The notes under the pieces are model-generated. The model was not told the origin of the DNA. It did no database searches and saw only the letters and a list, made by a program, of their open reading frames with translations. The translations under genes and the position numbers were made by a program. From the human T2T-CHM13v2.0 reference genome, Homo sapiens, in assembly GCF_009914755.1 (NCBI RefSeq), contig NC_060932.1: a DNA stretch of 64,000 nucleotides. The stretch is one strand, 5' to 3'. Shown one piece after another: positions 26,483 through 39,200 of the stretch (position 1 is the first letter of the stretch; the number at the start of each line of letters is the position of its first letter).

Positions 26483-26902
26483 TTTTTTTTATTATTATTA
26501 TACTTTAAGTTCTGGGGTACATTTGCACAACGTGCAGTTTTGCTACATAGGTATACACATGCCATGGTGGTTTGCTGCACCCATCAACCCGTCATCTACA
26601 TTAGGTAATTCTTCTAAAGCTATCCCTCCCCTACCCTCCACCCCCAGGCAGGCCCCAGTGTGTGATGTTACCCTCCCTGTGTCCATGTGTTCTCATTGCT
26701 CAACTCCCACTTATGAATGAGAACATACAGTGTTTGGTTTTCTGTTCTTGTGTTAGTTTGCTGAGAATGAAGGTTTCCAGCTTCATCCATGTCCCTGTAA
26801 AGGACATGAACTCATCCTTTTTTATGGTTGTATAGTATTCCATGGTGTATATGTGCCAAATTTTCTTTATCCAGTCTATCATTGATGGGCATTTGGATTG
26901 GT
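26483..26902 (-). mobile_element. 5'-truncated L1PA (about L1PA7) 3' end; sense to ADCY8 transcription
   Basis: ttattattatactttaagttctggggtacat...gccatggtggtttgctgcacccatcaacccgtcatctacattagg; the track ORF MIDWIKKIWHIYTMEYY is the L1 ORF2 C-terminus. Confidence 0.92.
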
Positions 26903-29900
26903 CTTAAAGAAAGATGGTGAACTATGAAGTCATCAGAACTTTATATTATTTGATGTCTATATTTTCCCCATAAATGCTAGTTTTACTTCTGTCACAGGCA
27001 GCAAGTGCCGGCCAGGTAAAAGAATGAACCATTTCTCAAGTTTCTTAGTGGAAAGGATGAAACCCATTAAAGTATAAAACCCATTGCAGCTCTCAGCAGG
27101 GCCAACACAAGAGGCAGTCCATGTAACAACAGATAAACTTTTCTTTCTTGTGTTTGTATTCTGGTAATGTAAGTGGCTCCAGGGTAGAACACATGTATTA
27201 TTTGACTGCTTCCCTCAAGTCTAGCACATAGTAGATGGTGGAATGATGGAAGGAATATGAATTACTAAATGTAAATATACATTTATTTAAATGACCACTC
27301 AGCATGTACAGGGTGGTGATGGTGAGAGTCAGTGGGAACCCATGCATGTTTGGAGCCAAATTAACTTCAGTTCAAATCCTCACTTGGCCACACACAATCG
27401 GAATGACTCTAGCTAGGTTAAACTCTCTAATCCTCAACTTCTTCATTTTCAAACTGGAGGTTGCAATCCTGCAATATTATGCAGGAATACCATTAAGAGT
27501 GGACAGGATGTGTGCAAACCATATAATGCAGATTCAGATATGGTAGGTGTGTAGGAAGTGCTAGATATCACAGCCATTGCCCTGTGCCTAAGCTACTCTG
27601 AAACAAAAGAGACCCTTCTGCCCTGATGCCCATGGACACTGGAATCAACACCAATAAATTATTGCCACATATGAGTGTGTTCTTTTACCTTACTCTCCTT
27701 TTAGGAACATCTAAGTTAAGTCCTCAACAGCTAAAGACCTAGGAGTGGGTTTATAAAGTGGTAGTTCTGAAACATTTTTTGGTGGAAGCTTGGCAGTGCC
27801 TTGGTAGGTCACAGAGCAGAAGATGGCAGTGCTGCAGGAGGAGAGGCAGACTGTATCTTCCCTCCTTGCCCAACACACAGTGCCACTTTCATAAGTTTTA
27901 TATTTTAGTGCTTAGTCTAGTTTGAAAAAGGAGCTGCCACTATTCTAAAAATCTTTTGTTCGTCCTATTTGTTGGAAGAAATTTGATATTTATCTTACTA
28001 CATATTTCCTAGCAATTTTATTGACAATGGATTAGTTTTGCTGTCATTTAATGGTTGTTTGATATTGAGATAAGTTCCCAGTTTGAAATCTGCACATGTG
28101 CATGAGATATGCCCAAGGAGATCAATTTTATTAACTAGATTTTAAAAGGATACTTTTAGGCTTTTTTATATCCAAATTACCTCGAACCCATGGCTAGTTG
28201 GGTCTTTTTTGTAGGATGTTGAAGAAAAATTTGTATAGACCTTCCACAAAATTAAGAAGGACTTTACATAAGGAAAGACTTCAGTGTGGAAAGCTCTAAG
28301 AAGACATACCAGCATTTAGAGCAACATGGCTTCTCTTCCTTATAAGAGTGTTCTAGATACAGGGCAAAGAGGTGATTGCTAATGATTGCTATTTTTGTCC
28401 ATGAGTGGACATCCTCTCATCCTGCAGTGTAGTTCTTGTTTCTAGTGTGCAATGCTCATTATTGCCAGCAATGGCCCAGGGCACCATTTGTTTCATCCAC
28501 TGTTCAGGTGATTCATGAGTGGAGTCACCTTGTGGACCACTGTCGCGTGTTTGGCAGTTTCACGCCAATGACAGAACAAGACAGCTTGCTATTGCGTGAC
28601 ATCATCAGACACAACTGTGTTATAGGAATAATTAATAATAATAATAATAATACAGCCCAGTGTTTGTTTACTGCTGTATATTGGTTCAAAATGTTTTCTT
28701 ATTCATTAGCTCATTTACTGATAAAGGAGCTACTTTATTCTCATCTTGTTATGGATGCAGTGACTAACCTATAGCAGGATTAAGTGAGTTCCTTCAGGCT
28801 ACCTTATCTATTTCCTGGGGTCCATAGACAAGGAAGATGAATGTGCCAAAGTCGGGCTCCAGGTTGTGACTATTCAGGCTGTGTAAATGTCCAATTCAAT
28901 CATGGCTCGGTAATACTTTCACAAAATGGCTGTTGATTACAGTAACATGCACATTGTGGAAATGAGAGATAGGCAAGTGCCATGAAGTCACTAATTATAT
29001 AGTCAAAGTACACAATTGTTTGTCAATTAATTATCACAATTACTAGTCCGTTCGAAACAAATTCAATGACTGAATGACTAAAATGACACACAAATTTGCA
29101 ACTGATGGTGCCAATGTAATTAAACCACTAGGAGAAATTAAATATTAAATACCATCTAGGGAGTGATTCTTTCAGTATTTGCTAAATCATTACTCATAAT
29201 TCTCTTCTTAAGAATCTCAGAGGTCAAAGACCTCAACAAGTTATGTGTTCTATAAGAATTGTCATTATCTGATCTTGGGAGGCAAATAAATGGGGAAAGC
29301 ATACCAATCCCCACATGCACATTCATTATAACTCATGGAATAAAATTTTTGAGAGCTGTAAGGAAACTCAGAAATCATTTCATAGTCATAGAATTTTAGA
29401 GCTATCAGAAACTCATTTTGAAGCCAAGACAGGCTGAGTGGCTTGAAGAAAGTTGCACTGTTTTGTATGTAAAATCTGAGGTGGGTCTTTTGATGACCCT
29501 TTATTCAGGTGTTGTTTTCAATACAGTGTGCTTATCCCCTTGGCTCTATCTATGATAGTGATAACTATCATGATAAACATTGCTACTATTTGCAAGGTAC
29601 ATTTCATTTTTCTTTTTCTTTATTAATCTTATTGCCTCTGAAATGAGCATAGTTATTGAGATAAAGTGGCCTTAAAGAAGCATCAAATCTAGAGGGCAGC
29701 TTTGGAATCAGATAGCTGTGGATGAAATCTCGTATTCATCATATGACCAAAGGGAAATGCTGTAACAACTCTGTGTTCAGCATCCTCAACTATAAAAAGG
29801 GAAACAGCAATACTGATGCGAATATGATTGTTCAGGCATTTACTCAACAAGCTTCTGATATGAGATTCCCGCGTGATGTGCCAGTGTCCATTCCGGTGAT

Positions 29901-30451
29901 ATACAAAAGGACAGACCCTGCTCTCAAAGAGCACGTTGTTTAACAGTAGAGACAAATAAATAAAACATAATTCCAATCTTACCTGCTAACATGAATTCTT
30001 CCTGTAGATATTAAGAATAATTTCCTCATCTCAGGTCTAGTCAGGATTTTCCTTTTAAATAGAAATGAGTGCAAGCTGAATGCCTAGAGCACACAATTTC
30101 AGGAATTATTCCTTCGCAGGGTTGCACAAGTGCAGGGTCAGCCCCTGAGAACAAGTGCTTCTTGTAAGCTTTGTACCCTGGATGCCTCACTTTTCTCAAC
30201 TAATCATGGCCCCACATCAAACCTGCTTTAAAAGTCCTTAACTCAGTTTGAAATCATTCACTTATTTAGGTGATTATTTGATGGATGACTGTCTATAACT
30301 CTAGATTATAATCTCTTTAATAGCAGGATCCTGGATTCTTTTCCTCACCACAGCACCCCTACTGCCTGCATGCAGCACATTGTGGTACTCCATAAATATT
30401 CGCCATATGAGGCTAAATGAAAGCATGCATTAATGAATGATGGAAGAATGT

Positions 30452-30806
30452 TGCTATGGTCTGAATGTTTGTGTCCCTCCAAAATACACATGTTAAAATG
30501 CTAACCCTAAGGTGATGGAATTAAGAGGTGGGAGGTGAATGTGTCATGAGGGTGGAGCCTTCATGAATGGGATTAGTGTCTAGAAAAAAGGCCTCAGAGA
30601 GCTGCCTTGTCTCTTTCATCCTGCAAGGACACAGTCGGAAGATGGCCATGTGAACCAGGAAGCAGGCCCTCACCAGGCACCAAATCTACTGGTGCTTAGA
30701 TTTTGAGCTTCCCAGCCTCCAGAACTATGAGAAATAAATGTTTTTTTTTGTTTGTTTGTTACAAGTCAGTCAGTTATGGTATATTGCTATGGAAGCCTGA
30801 ATGTTC
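30452..30806 (+). mobile_element. MLT1A0-like MaLR solo LTR
   Basis: tgctatggtctgaatgtttgtgtccctccaaaat...catgagggtggagccttcatgaatgggattagtg...cccagcctccagaactatgagaaataaatg. Confidence 0.85.
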
Positions 30807-30904
30807 AATAATATAAGTGAATTAGAGGACAGGGATCTAAATCTACCTGGTGGAGTAGCAGGGACCCACTGAAGAGAAGGTGGGGTCTGTGCCAAACTCC
30901 AAAG

Positions 30905-31056
30905 CCTTTCCCACAAATTATGATCTGCAGACTGCAAGCATCCATTACCTGGCAACTTGTCAGAAACACAGAACCTAGGGTCCTCCTCCTAAATCCAAAT
31001 TTTGTCAAGATCTCCAAGTGATTCCTATTCACATTAAAGTTGGAGAAGCACTGGTC
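30905..31056. mobile_element. MER5A DNA transposon
   Basis: aagatctccaagtgattcctattcacattaaagttggagaagcactggtcta. Confidence 0.7.
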
Positions 31057-33349
31057 TAAAAGATGCAGGGGTTAAGCCAGGTGAAGCCCAGAAACTGTCA
31101 GCTTAGGGCAGAGAACTCATTGAAAAAGGGTGATTGTTTTAAAACTTAAACTATAAAATCAAATGAAATGTATTACCTGATTCCTCTTTACCAGGTTCTG
31201 ATTTAAATACTCCATGTGTATTATTTCATCTCTTCAACAACCTCCTGAGCTATTATTATTATTCCCATTTTACAGCTGAAGAAAGTGAGGTGCAGAAAGA
31301 TTGAGGCTCTTGTCAGTGTTATAAAATGAAAAAATTGCAGATCAATCCCAGGCAGTCTGAATCCACATCCTGTGCTATGAACTCTATGCTTTTTTCTTTC
31401 CTTGGGAAGTGTGTTAAGTTTGGCATATAGCAATCTCCAATACAGTTCTGTCTCATTGAGAGTCATGCTTGAAGGACTGCTCATTTTTTTGTCAAATTCT
31501 GCTTATCTCTCTGCCCCTCCTTTCCTTAAACACCTAACATGAGCTTAGATTATCAAAGTCAAACAAACACAATTCTCCATTTAAACACACCCCACTTATT
31601 CTTAAGCAGGTACTTGTCCCGGAGAAGGGGTACAGAAGGAATTCCAGGAAGTGGTGACACTTGAATATTGCCAGGCAAGGAAGGTAAACAATTGTCCTAG
31701 AAAACACACACAGGCAGAAGCCAGCATGGAATATGAAGAAAACTGGTGATGAGGTTCAACAGTAGAACTTACCCAGTGAAGTGAAGTGGTGAGAATGCTA
31801 GCATATGGGAGAAGCTCCCACTGGGGAGTGTTGGGGTGGTTCAGCGGAGCATGGGGTGGCTTGATGAATCTTGGGGGTGGGGCTGCACTAGAACAGAAAG
31901 AGCAGGATAGAGAGCTGTGGACAGACCCCAGCAATGGAAGACTAAACCATCAGAATTTCATGTAGATATCAGACGGGATGGAGTCAATTGTTACTTGTTG
32001 GGGTTGGGCTGCCTCAATGGAGGTATCCAGTAGGTCTCCAGATTGCCAGGTCTTAAGCTTAGCAGATAAAACTGGGGTAGAGATACAGGGTTAGGAGTTA
32101 GCAGCACAAAGATACATACTTGCTGACTGAGGGAGGGATTTGATTATCCAGGGAGTGGTGTGGAGTGAGATAATGTGAAGTCATATAGGACGGAAACTTC
32201 AGGAGCCCCAACATTGAAGAGGTGAATTGAAAAACAAGACCTGGAGGAACCTGAGAAAGAAGAGTATGTAACCAGCACTACACTATGCTGTAGAGACTTA
32301 ACAGTGACCCAGATGCCACCCCAGACTTTGTGAAGCTCACAGCCCAGCTGGTGAGAGAGATGTGGAAGCCAATAGCACTGCAAAATGAGGCAGGATAAAT
32401 GGGCAGGTAAAGGGCCATGCCCTCAGAGGAGGAATATCTAACTGGGTCAGGAGTGTTGAACTATCCTTCTTTTAGACATGAAGAAATTTTGGCCCAAAGA
32501 AGCTGAAGCCAAAGTTGCTGTGAAAAACCCATAGCAAAAACAGGAGGAGAATTTGTGTTTTCTATGTTTTTAAGGAAATATACTTACATGGTTTCAAAAA
32601 TATCTTTCATTGTCCATTGGCACAGCTTCTCTCTGGCTGAGATGGCTTGGGCAGGGCCCAAAGAGCTGCGTATCATGTCATAATTCACCTGGCAAGAGCC
32701 AAGGGCAATATATCTCTCATAAATAGAAAAGAGGAGACTTTGTAGTCACTGCACATTGACCACTTGGGGCCATGAACTCATTCTCAAATGAACTACCCGC
32801 CTCCAATAGGCTGGGAAGGCTCACCCGATGAATGAGGGTGTGGGAGATTTGACTTTAGAAGAAAACCAGCTTGCTCTTAGTGATTTTTTTTCTTGAACTA
32901 ATTAGCAGAAAAAAAAAAAGAACTAAAAAGACTCATGACCGTTTTTGGGACTTTATAAAGACAGTTTTAGTTAATTGCTTTGAGTTCCATTCTCTAAAAT
33001 CTGACTTTGGTTTGCTTTTTAGAAGTCTGTAGATAAACTGGTCCAGTTAGGGTACAATATGGTCTTTATGTGACAGGTTTTAAGCTGTAGGAAACAGTGG
33101 ACTAAGCACCTATCCATTTTTTACGCTTAGGAAAGTCAACCTGCTTTGTCCGATATCTTCCCCTAAGGAGTGAGGCCTACCAGCCCCTCGGGTATGGAGT
33201 ACCAGGAGTCAAGTGGAAGTGTGGGAGTACCTCCTGCCCCCAGCTGTACCTGTATGTACCCAGATGGTGAGCACCCACCAGAAGGGGGCACCACTGAGAC
33301 GTCAAGCCCAGGAAGTGATTTCCAGTGTGCTTGCACAGCAGGTTGTGGG

Positions 33350-33797
33350 TTGCACAGCAGCAAGTGAGAGGCAGGGCAAATGAGTGAAGCTGCATCTGTA
33401 TTTACAGCCACTCCCCATCGCTTGCATTACCGCCTGAGCTCTGCCTCCTGTCAGATCAGTTGCCAGTGGTGGCATTAGATTCTCATAGGAGTTCAAACCC
33501 TATTGTGAACTGCACATGCGCGAGATCTAGACTGCAAGCTCCTTATGAGAATGTGATGCTTGATGATCTGTCACTGTCTCCCATCATCCCCAGATGGGAC
33601 CATCTAGCTGCAGGAAAACATTATGGTGTGACTTGTACAATAATTTCATTATATATTACAACGTAATAATAACAGAGATAAAATACACATAAATGTAAAG
33701 CTCTTGGATCCTCCCAAAATCATCCCCCACCCATGTCTGTGGAAAAATTATCTTCCATGAAACCATTCCTTGGTGCCAAAAAGGTTGGGGACTGCAG
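33350..33797 (+). mobile_element. MER1A hAT-Charlie DNA transposon (5' end missing)
   Basis: gcattaccgcctgagctctgcctcctgtcagatcag...ggcattagattctcatagga...ggtgccaaaaaggttggggactgc. Confidence 0.85.
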
Positions 33798-35539
33798 CTA
33801 TAAAAGCAAAGAACTCCAGAGCTGGGTATAGAGATTCAGAGCCAGGATGCTGAAGAACAAAGAGGGAAGAGAACAAGAGGGTGATGTATTTGCTAGCAAT
33901 TGGACTCTATTTTGAGTAGATGGGCCTGATCCATTTAAAGTGTTTGATAATCGACAAATACCCATGAATAATTCAGGCCCATAACTTTTGTCTTAACTTA
34001 AATGATCTGGATAATTACTTGAATTTTTCTTCACGTTATCTAATATGTACATGTATATGAATATGTATAGCAAAAACTCAGCTGCAGCTTTCTGCTCAAA
34101 GTGCTTCAAGGGATAATTTCTGGTGTACTTTTGCTGTATTGACAGAGAGACTGATTTCTCTTCTCTTGCCAGTTTTTCATTCCCTGTTGATGATTCTGTA
34201 ATGATGTGTGTGTGTGGGTGGGGGTGGAGTAGGGGGTGGCTAGGGGAAGGAAGGAAATGGTCATCTACTATTCATTCATTCCATTCATTTAAAATATGAT
34301 ATTCAGAGCCATCCATGTGCCAGATGCTATGCTAGCTGCTAGAGACACAAAGATGGATAAGATACAATTCTTGACCTCAAGGGGCTCATAGTCTGGTGGG
34401 CATGTGAGAACGTTATGACATTGCTCTGATAGAGGAAAACACGGGATGTGGAAATGTACCAAGGAAAGTGACTTTGAGCCTTGCCTACACTTACTGTCTA
34501 CCCATGTTTGTGTGGGGATGGGTTGCCTAGAGTCTCAGGGCAGCTCTTCAGTTTTCAGCTGGAGTCACTCTGAGCACAGAGTGACTATGAGTTCCCAGAG
34601 CTGCACATGCTCCCTCCTGTCATGTCTCCAGGTCACCAGCCTTGTGACAAATTCAGTTTGTGATAAGGTGATGCTCAGACAACTGATGACTTGGCCCATC
34701 CCAGGGTCCTTTTGCACGCTCTTCTTTTCTTCACCAGGGAGGAAGATCCATACCCTTCCACTATTTCTTCTGGAGTCTGACCTTTCCTTTCATGTAACTT
34801 CTAAAAGAAATCCACTGCAGCTTTGATGTTTCATACTTTAGAGGTCTGTAGTAAAAAGAGTCCAAGTCTTGCATTTGTGTAAAATATTTACTGAATCCCT
34901 GAATCCTGTGCTCCAGATGTGTTCTAAGAGTCAGGTGTGAACCTCCAACCAAACCTCTGCAGTGGAGTCACAAATTCCCTACCCAAATCCATCCAAGCAT
35001 CAGCTCCATTACATCAATAACCTTATCTCTTTAGTACCTAGCTGTGTTCTAGGACATAAAACCCAGCAGGCAGTCAACAAATATTTGGGGGAAAAGTTTA
35101 TCTATTCAATAGTTATTCCACCTTTCATTCTAATGCAATCCTGATCTTTTAAAGCCCAGCAAAATCATTTTTTGGCCATCCTTTCTTGCTGATAGAACTA
35201 ATTATGTCGCCTGAAATACAAGGAGGTCTTATTGGGCAGAGATCCCAGGGGAGCTCCTCAAAGGGGCACAAATTCAGTTGGCTTATGCCCTTTTACCATT
35301 TTGGCCTCTTGCCCTTTGTCTTCTACTTTTCCATGCCTGCAAAGCAACCATGATGACATGAGATGCAGCCAATGACTTTCAACTGACCTTGAAGAAAAGC
35401 TGTGCAACAATCCATCAGGGATATAATAAAGGATTCCCTCTATAGGAATATATATGTATATATCTCCCTACATAGGATATTCCTATATATCTATAGGAAT
35501 AGATATATAGATCACTATATAGGAATCTCCTTGATTACA

Positions 35540-35810
35540 TCCCTGATGGATTGTTGCACAGCTTCTCCTTGGGGAATGCCCAATGGCAAGGAGCTCATCA
35601 TCTCAAAAAGCAGCTCCCTGGGCAGGTCTGTTTGTTATCAAACTTTACCTTTTTGTGAATCAGAATTTCTCCTGCTTTAATGGCTATCCATTGGTCTTAA
35701 TTCCATTCCACAGGAGACACACAGAAAATAACCAGTCTCTTTGTCATGGCAGAACCCCAAATATTTAAAGGCAGTCACCATATTCTTTCTATATCCCTTC
35801 TATGTTCAGG
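35540..35810. mobile_element. L3/CR1 LINE fragment
   Basis: ggagctcatcatctcaaaaagcagctcc...ctatccattggtcttaatt...aaatatttaaaggcagtcaccat resembles L3/CR1. Confidence 0.5.
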
Positions 35811-35856
35811 CCTTCCAGAGGTATTCTTCCTTGTTTTGTTTTTTGTTTTTGGTCCT

Positions 35857-36200
35857 TGTTATGGCTTGAATATGCCCCTCATAAAGCATGTGTTGGAAAC
35901 TTAATCCCAAATGTTACAGTGGGGCCTAATGAGAGGTGTTTAGATCCTGAGGGCTTTACCTTCATGAAAGGATTAATGTTGATTTTAAAAGTGTTTGAGG
36001 CCTTGAGTTCAATCTCTTGCTCTTTTATGCCCATGTGATACCTTCTGCCATCTTACATTGCAACAAAAAACCTTCACCAGATATGGTCCCTCAGTCTTGG
36101 AATTCCTGGTCTCCAAAACCAGAAGCCAAATAAATTTCTGATTTTTTTTTAAAATAAATTACACAGTCTCAGGTTTTGTTATAGCAGCATAAGATGGGTT
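35857..36200 (+). mobile_element. MST (MSTD-like) MaLR solo LTR
   Basis: tgttatggcttgaatatgcccctc...catgtgttggaaacttaatccc...aaataaattacacagtctcagg..ttgttatagcagca. Confidence 0.75.
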
Positions 36201-39200
36201 CTGTTAGATTTTTTTTTTGTGCTCTTATTTCTTCTCCCTATATTCTGAGTCAAAGAAATACATGTACTTTGATAATGCATTCTCTAACCCTTAGTAGTTT
36301 CTATTTTATAAGCAATCTTGTGCATTCAGCGTGTAATCACACACACATACATACACACAAATGAAGAAAAGATTCTGAAACGGTTTACTCCAGTCAACTG
36401 AAAAATCAGCTGACATAGAATGAGGATGTGTTGTTTACAAAATGAAGTGGTTATAGTTTTTTGTTTTTATGTGAAATTTTTACACTGGCACTGTAGATAG
36501 AAACGGCAGTTGTAAAAACATTACTCATTTAACAAGAAACCCCAAGACATTAATGTGATTTACTTTCATATCCGGCTTATGTCTTCACCATGTATAACTT
36601 TATCATTCCCTAATTTGGGGGAAGTTTGTGCTTCAAAGACATTTTGCAATTAGTAGCACTTGAGCTTGGATATATAAAGCAGGAAACAGAGTGAAAGGGA
36701 TAGAAAACCCCAGTAGCTATAAAGTACAAAGTATTTCATATATTAAAATATATGATCTAGTTAAATGAAATTCAGATATCAAATTCTACACATGCACATT
36801 CAGAGTCCAGTGCATAGAGATCAAAGAAACAAGCAAACATAGGTTTATCTGACAACACCTTGTCAGATAAGCTCTGTTCCTTTATCGAGAAGGTAGTGGC
36901 ATAGTGGCATTTGCTGGTAGGTGGCTTTTATGCCTACCAGAATGTGCCTGGGCCTCCTGTGGAATGTCTGGCATCTCCATAGTTAATTAATCTATTCTGC
37001 ATTCTTCCTCTCCCCCACAGGGCTGACTGTAAAAAATCTTGCAGGGAGAAAACCTGGCTTCCGAAGCACTGCTTAAGTGACCTGACTTCTTAAAATAGTC
37101 CTTCATAAACAAAACTCACATGATATAATTTGAGTGTGTAAATCCAATTACATTTCCTGGGGAAGTGCAGGGAAGATTATACTAGCTTTCCCTGCTCTGT
37201 TGTGGCTGGCTGAAGCAGCATTCCTCGACTAAGTCCCCACAAAAATCCTGGGAAGAAAATTCTTTATATAACTCACTCTTTTGCCAACTGAGGTTCAAAC
37301 CTATGTATCACAGAAATTTTGCAACCTTCAATACTGCCACTAATCTTCATGTTCTGTTACTTTAATTCTGCCCCAAAGAGAAAACCAAGAACACACTTCA
37401 GAAGTGATAAGTCAAGTGAACTGCTATGTTGTCCAGCTGCATATTCTGAGTCTACTGGTCTCCCAGAGAATCAATATTGTACCTATTTGGTGCTGAGAGG
37501 AAAGGTTTAAGATGAATGTTGCAAGTGTCTCCTATGTTTTGGAAATAAACACATGTAGAATCAACTTAAATAGACACACTTGTGAAATGAATAAATTAGC
37601 ATCTTAAGAAATATTTAGACAACAGTAAAATGTCACATCAGCATGATTGTAGTAGTGTCCTCTGATTAAATGTTGCTAGCAGCACTGAATATGGAATAAA
37701 CTCTTTTTAAAAATATTTCATTTTTTTGCTTGGTTTCACTCATTTCTGATGAGCTCTTAAAATGTCATCAATCATCAAAGTGTAAATATGACTAATGCAT
37801 TTGTCCTACTTAGCATGACATTGTAGCAGCTGCTCTAGAAGCAAAGTCCTCCCAATCTTCCCAGTTCTAATCTAATTATGCTCTGACCTGCTGATAACAG
37901 TCAGGTGATATTACCAGATATGAAGGAAAACAAATTCATAATTCAATCTTGCAAAGCACACACTACACAATCATTTTACAACTCTCTAAATACAGAGACA
38001 ACAAGCCTATTTGCAACTCCAGGGCAAAGATGTCTACAGGCCAGAGCTGAAGGGATTTAATTGGTCATTTCAGCAGTCATTAAGATATCCTTTGTAAAGC
38101 CCATTCTCCACCAACACACATACACAAAAGCACACACACACACATACACATGAAGAAGAAAGAAAGAAAAGAAAAATAGAAAGAAAGAAAAAGGAGACTC
38201 TCTGGGTATCTTTTACAAGTAAGAGAGAATAATATTTCCATTTCTCGGTGTTCAGAGGAATCTCTTGGGAAGGTTGACACTCAAATCGGCTTTTGAAAGG
38301 CATTTTTCTCAGACATGCTGGAAAGCCGACATTATTTTTTTAAAGCCTATATGAATTTCCTAAAGAAAAATGTACAGAAATGGAGATATTTGGGGTTTTA
38401 AGAAATGCACACCATAACTAGTGAGGTGCATTAAATTGGATTCCAGTCATACTCATTTAATGGATATTTATGTCTCTCAAATGAGTACGTACCTTGATAC
38501 CAACTACCAAATTGGAATGATTTATATTACATGCCATTTGTTGTACATTAAGTAGTCACAGGATTCCCTTTATTTGATTTGAGATAGCTACAAAGAACCT
38601 TAGACTTAGACAAAGAACATATAATATCTTATGTTTAAACTGTATAAATGATGGGAGAGAAGTTGGTAATTTTATTATATTTATTTTATCTTTACTGTGA
38701 AGTCAGTCCTTCATTTAAGTGGTCAGAAATGTGTATTTAAGTCACATAGAAAGTCAGCTCCCCTCCTGAACCCAACTTACTCATACTATACACCACTATC
38801 TTATCCAGCACAAAGAAAAAAAAATTTCCCCTAAAGGATTTCTTAAAGGCCAAATGTTAGGCTAAATGTCCCTCATTGTAAGTCAAGTTTAACAATCATT
38901 CTTTAGCATTTTTCTGGCTCTAGTCTCTCCTGTTTGATAGGATGTTGAAAGGTAGGAAAGAAAATGTTGCATGAGGAATTTAAATCTGACAGCATGACCT
39001 TGAGCACTAAGTAACCTGGATTTGCATATCTGACTGCCTTTGATTGTACAGTTATCTTGGAGAAATCATCTCCACTCTGACAAGTCCGCTTATCTATCTC
39101 ACCAAGAGGCACAGAAAACTAATTAGCCACTAGCTGTAATATTTTAGAATCCCCAAGAGGGAACCATAATGCAGCGATCTTTCTGGTTAAATATTGCTGC

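Noticed and set aside
26700-26882. ORF MIDWIKKIWHIYTMEYY...
   Set aside because: C-terminal fragment of L1 ORF2 in a 5'-truncated, non-autonomous copy.
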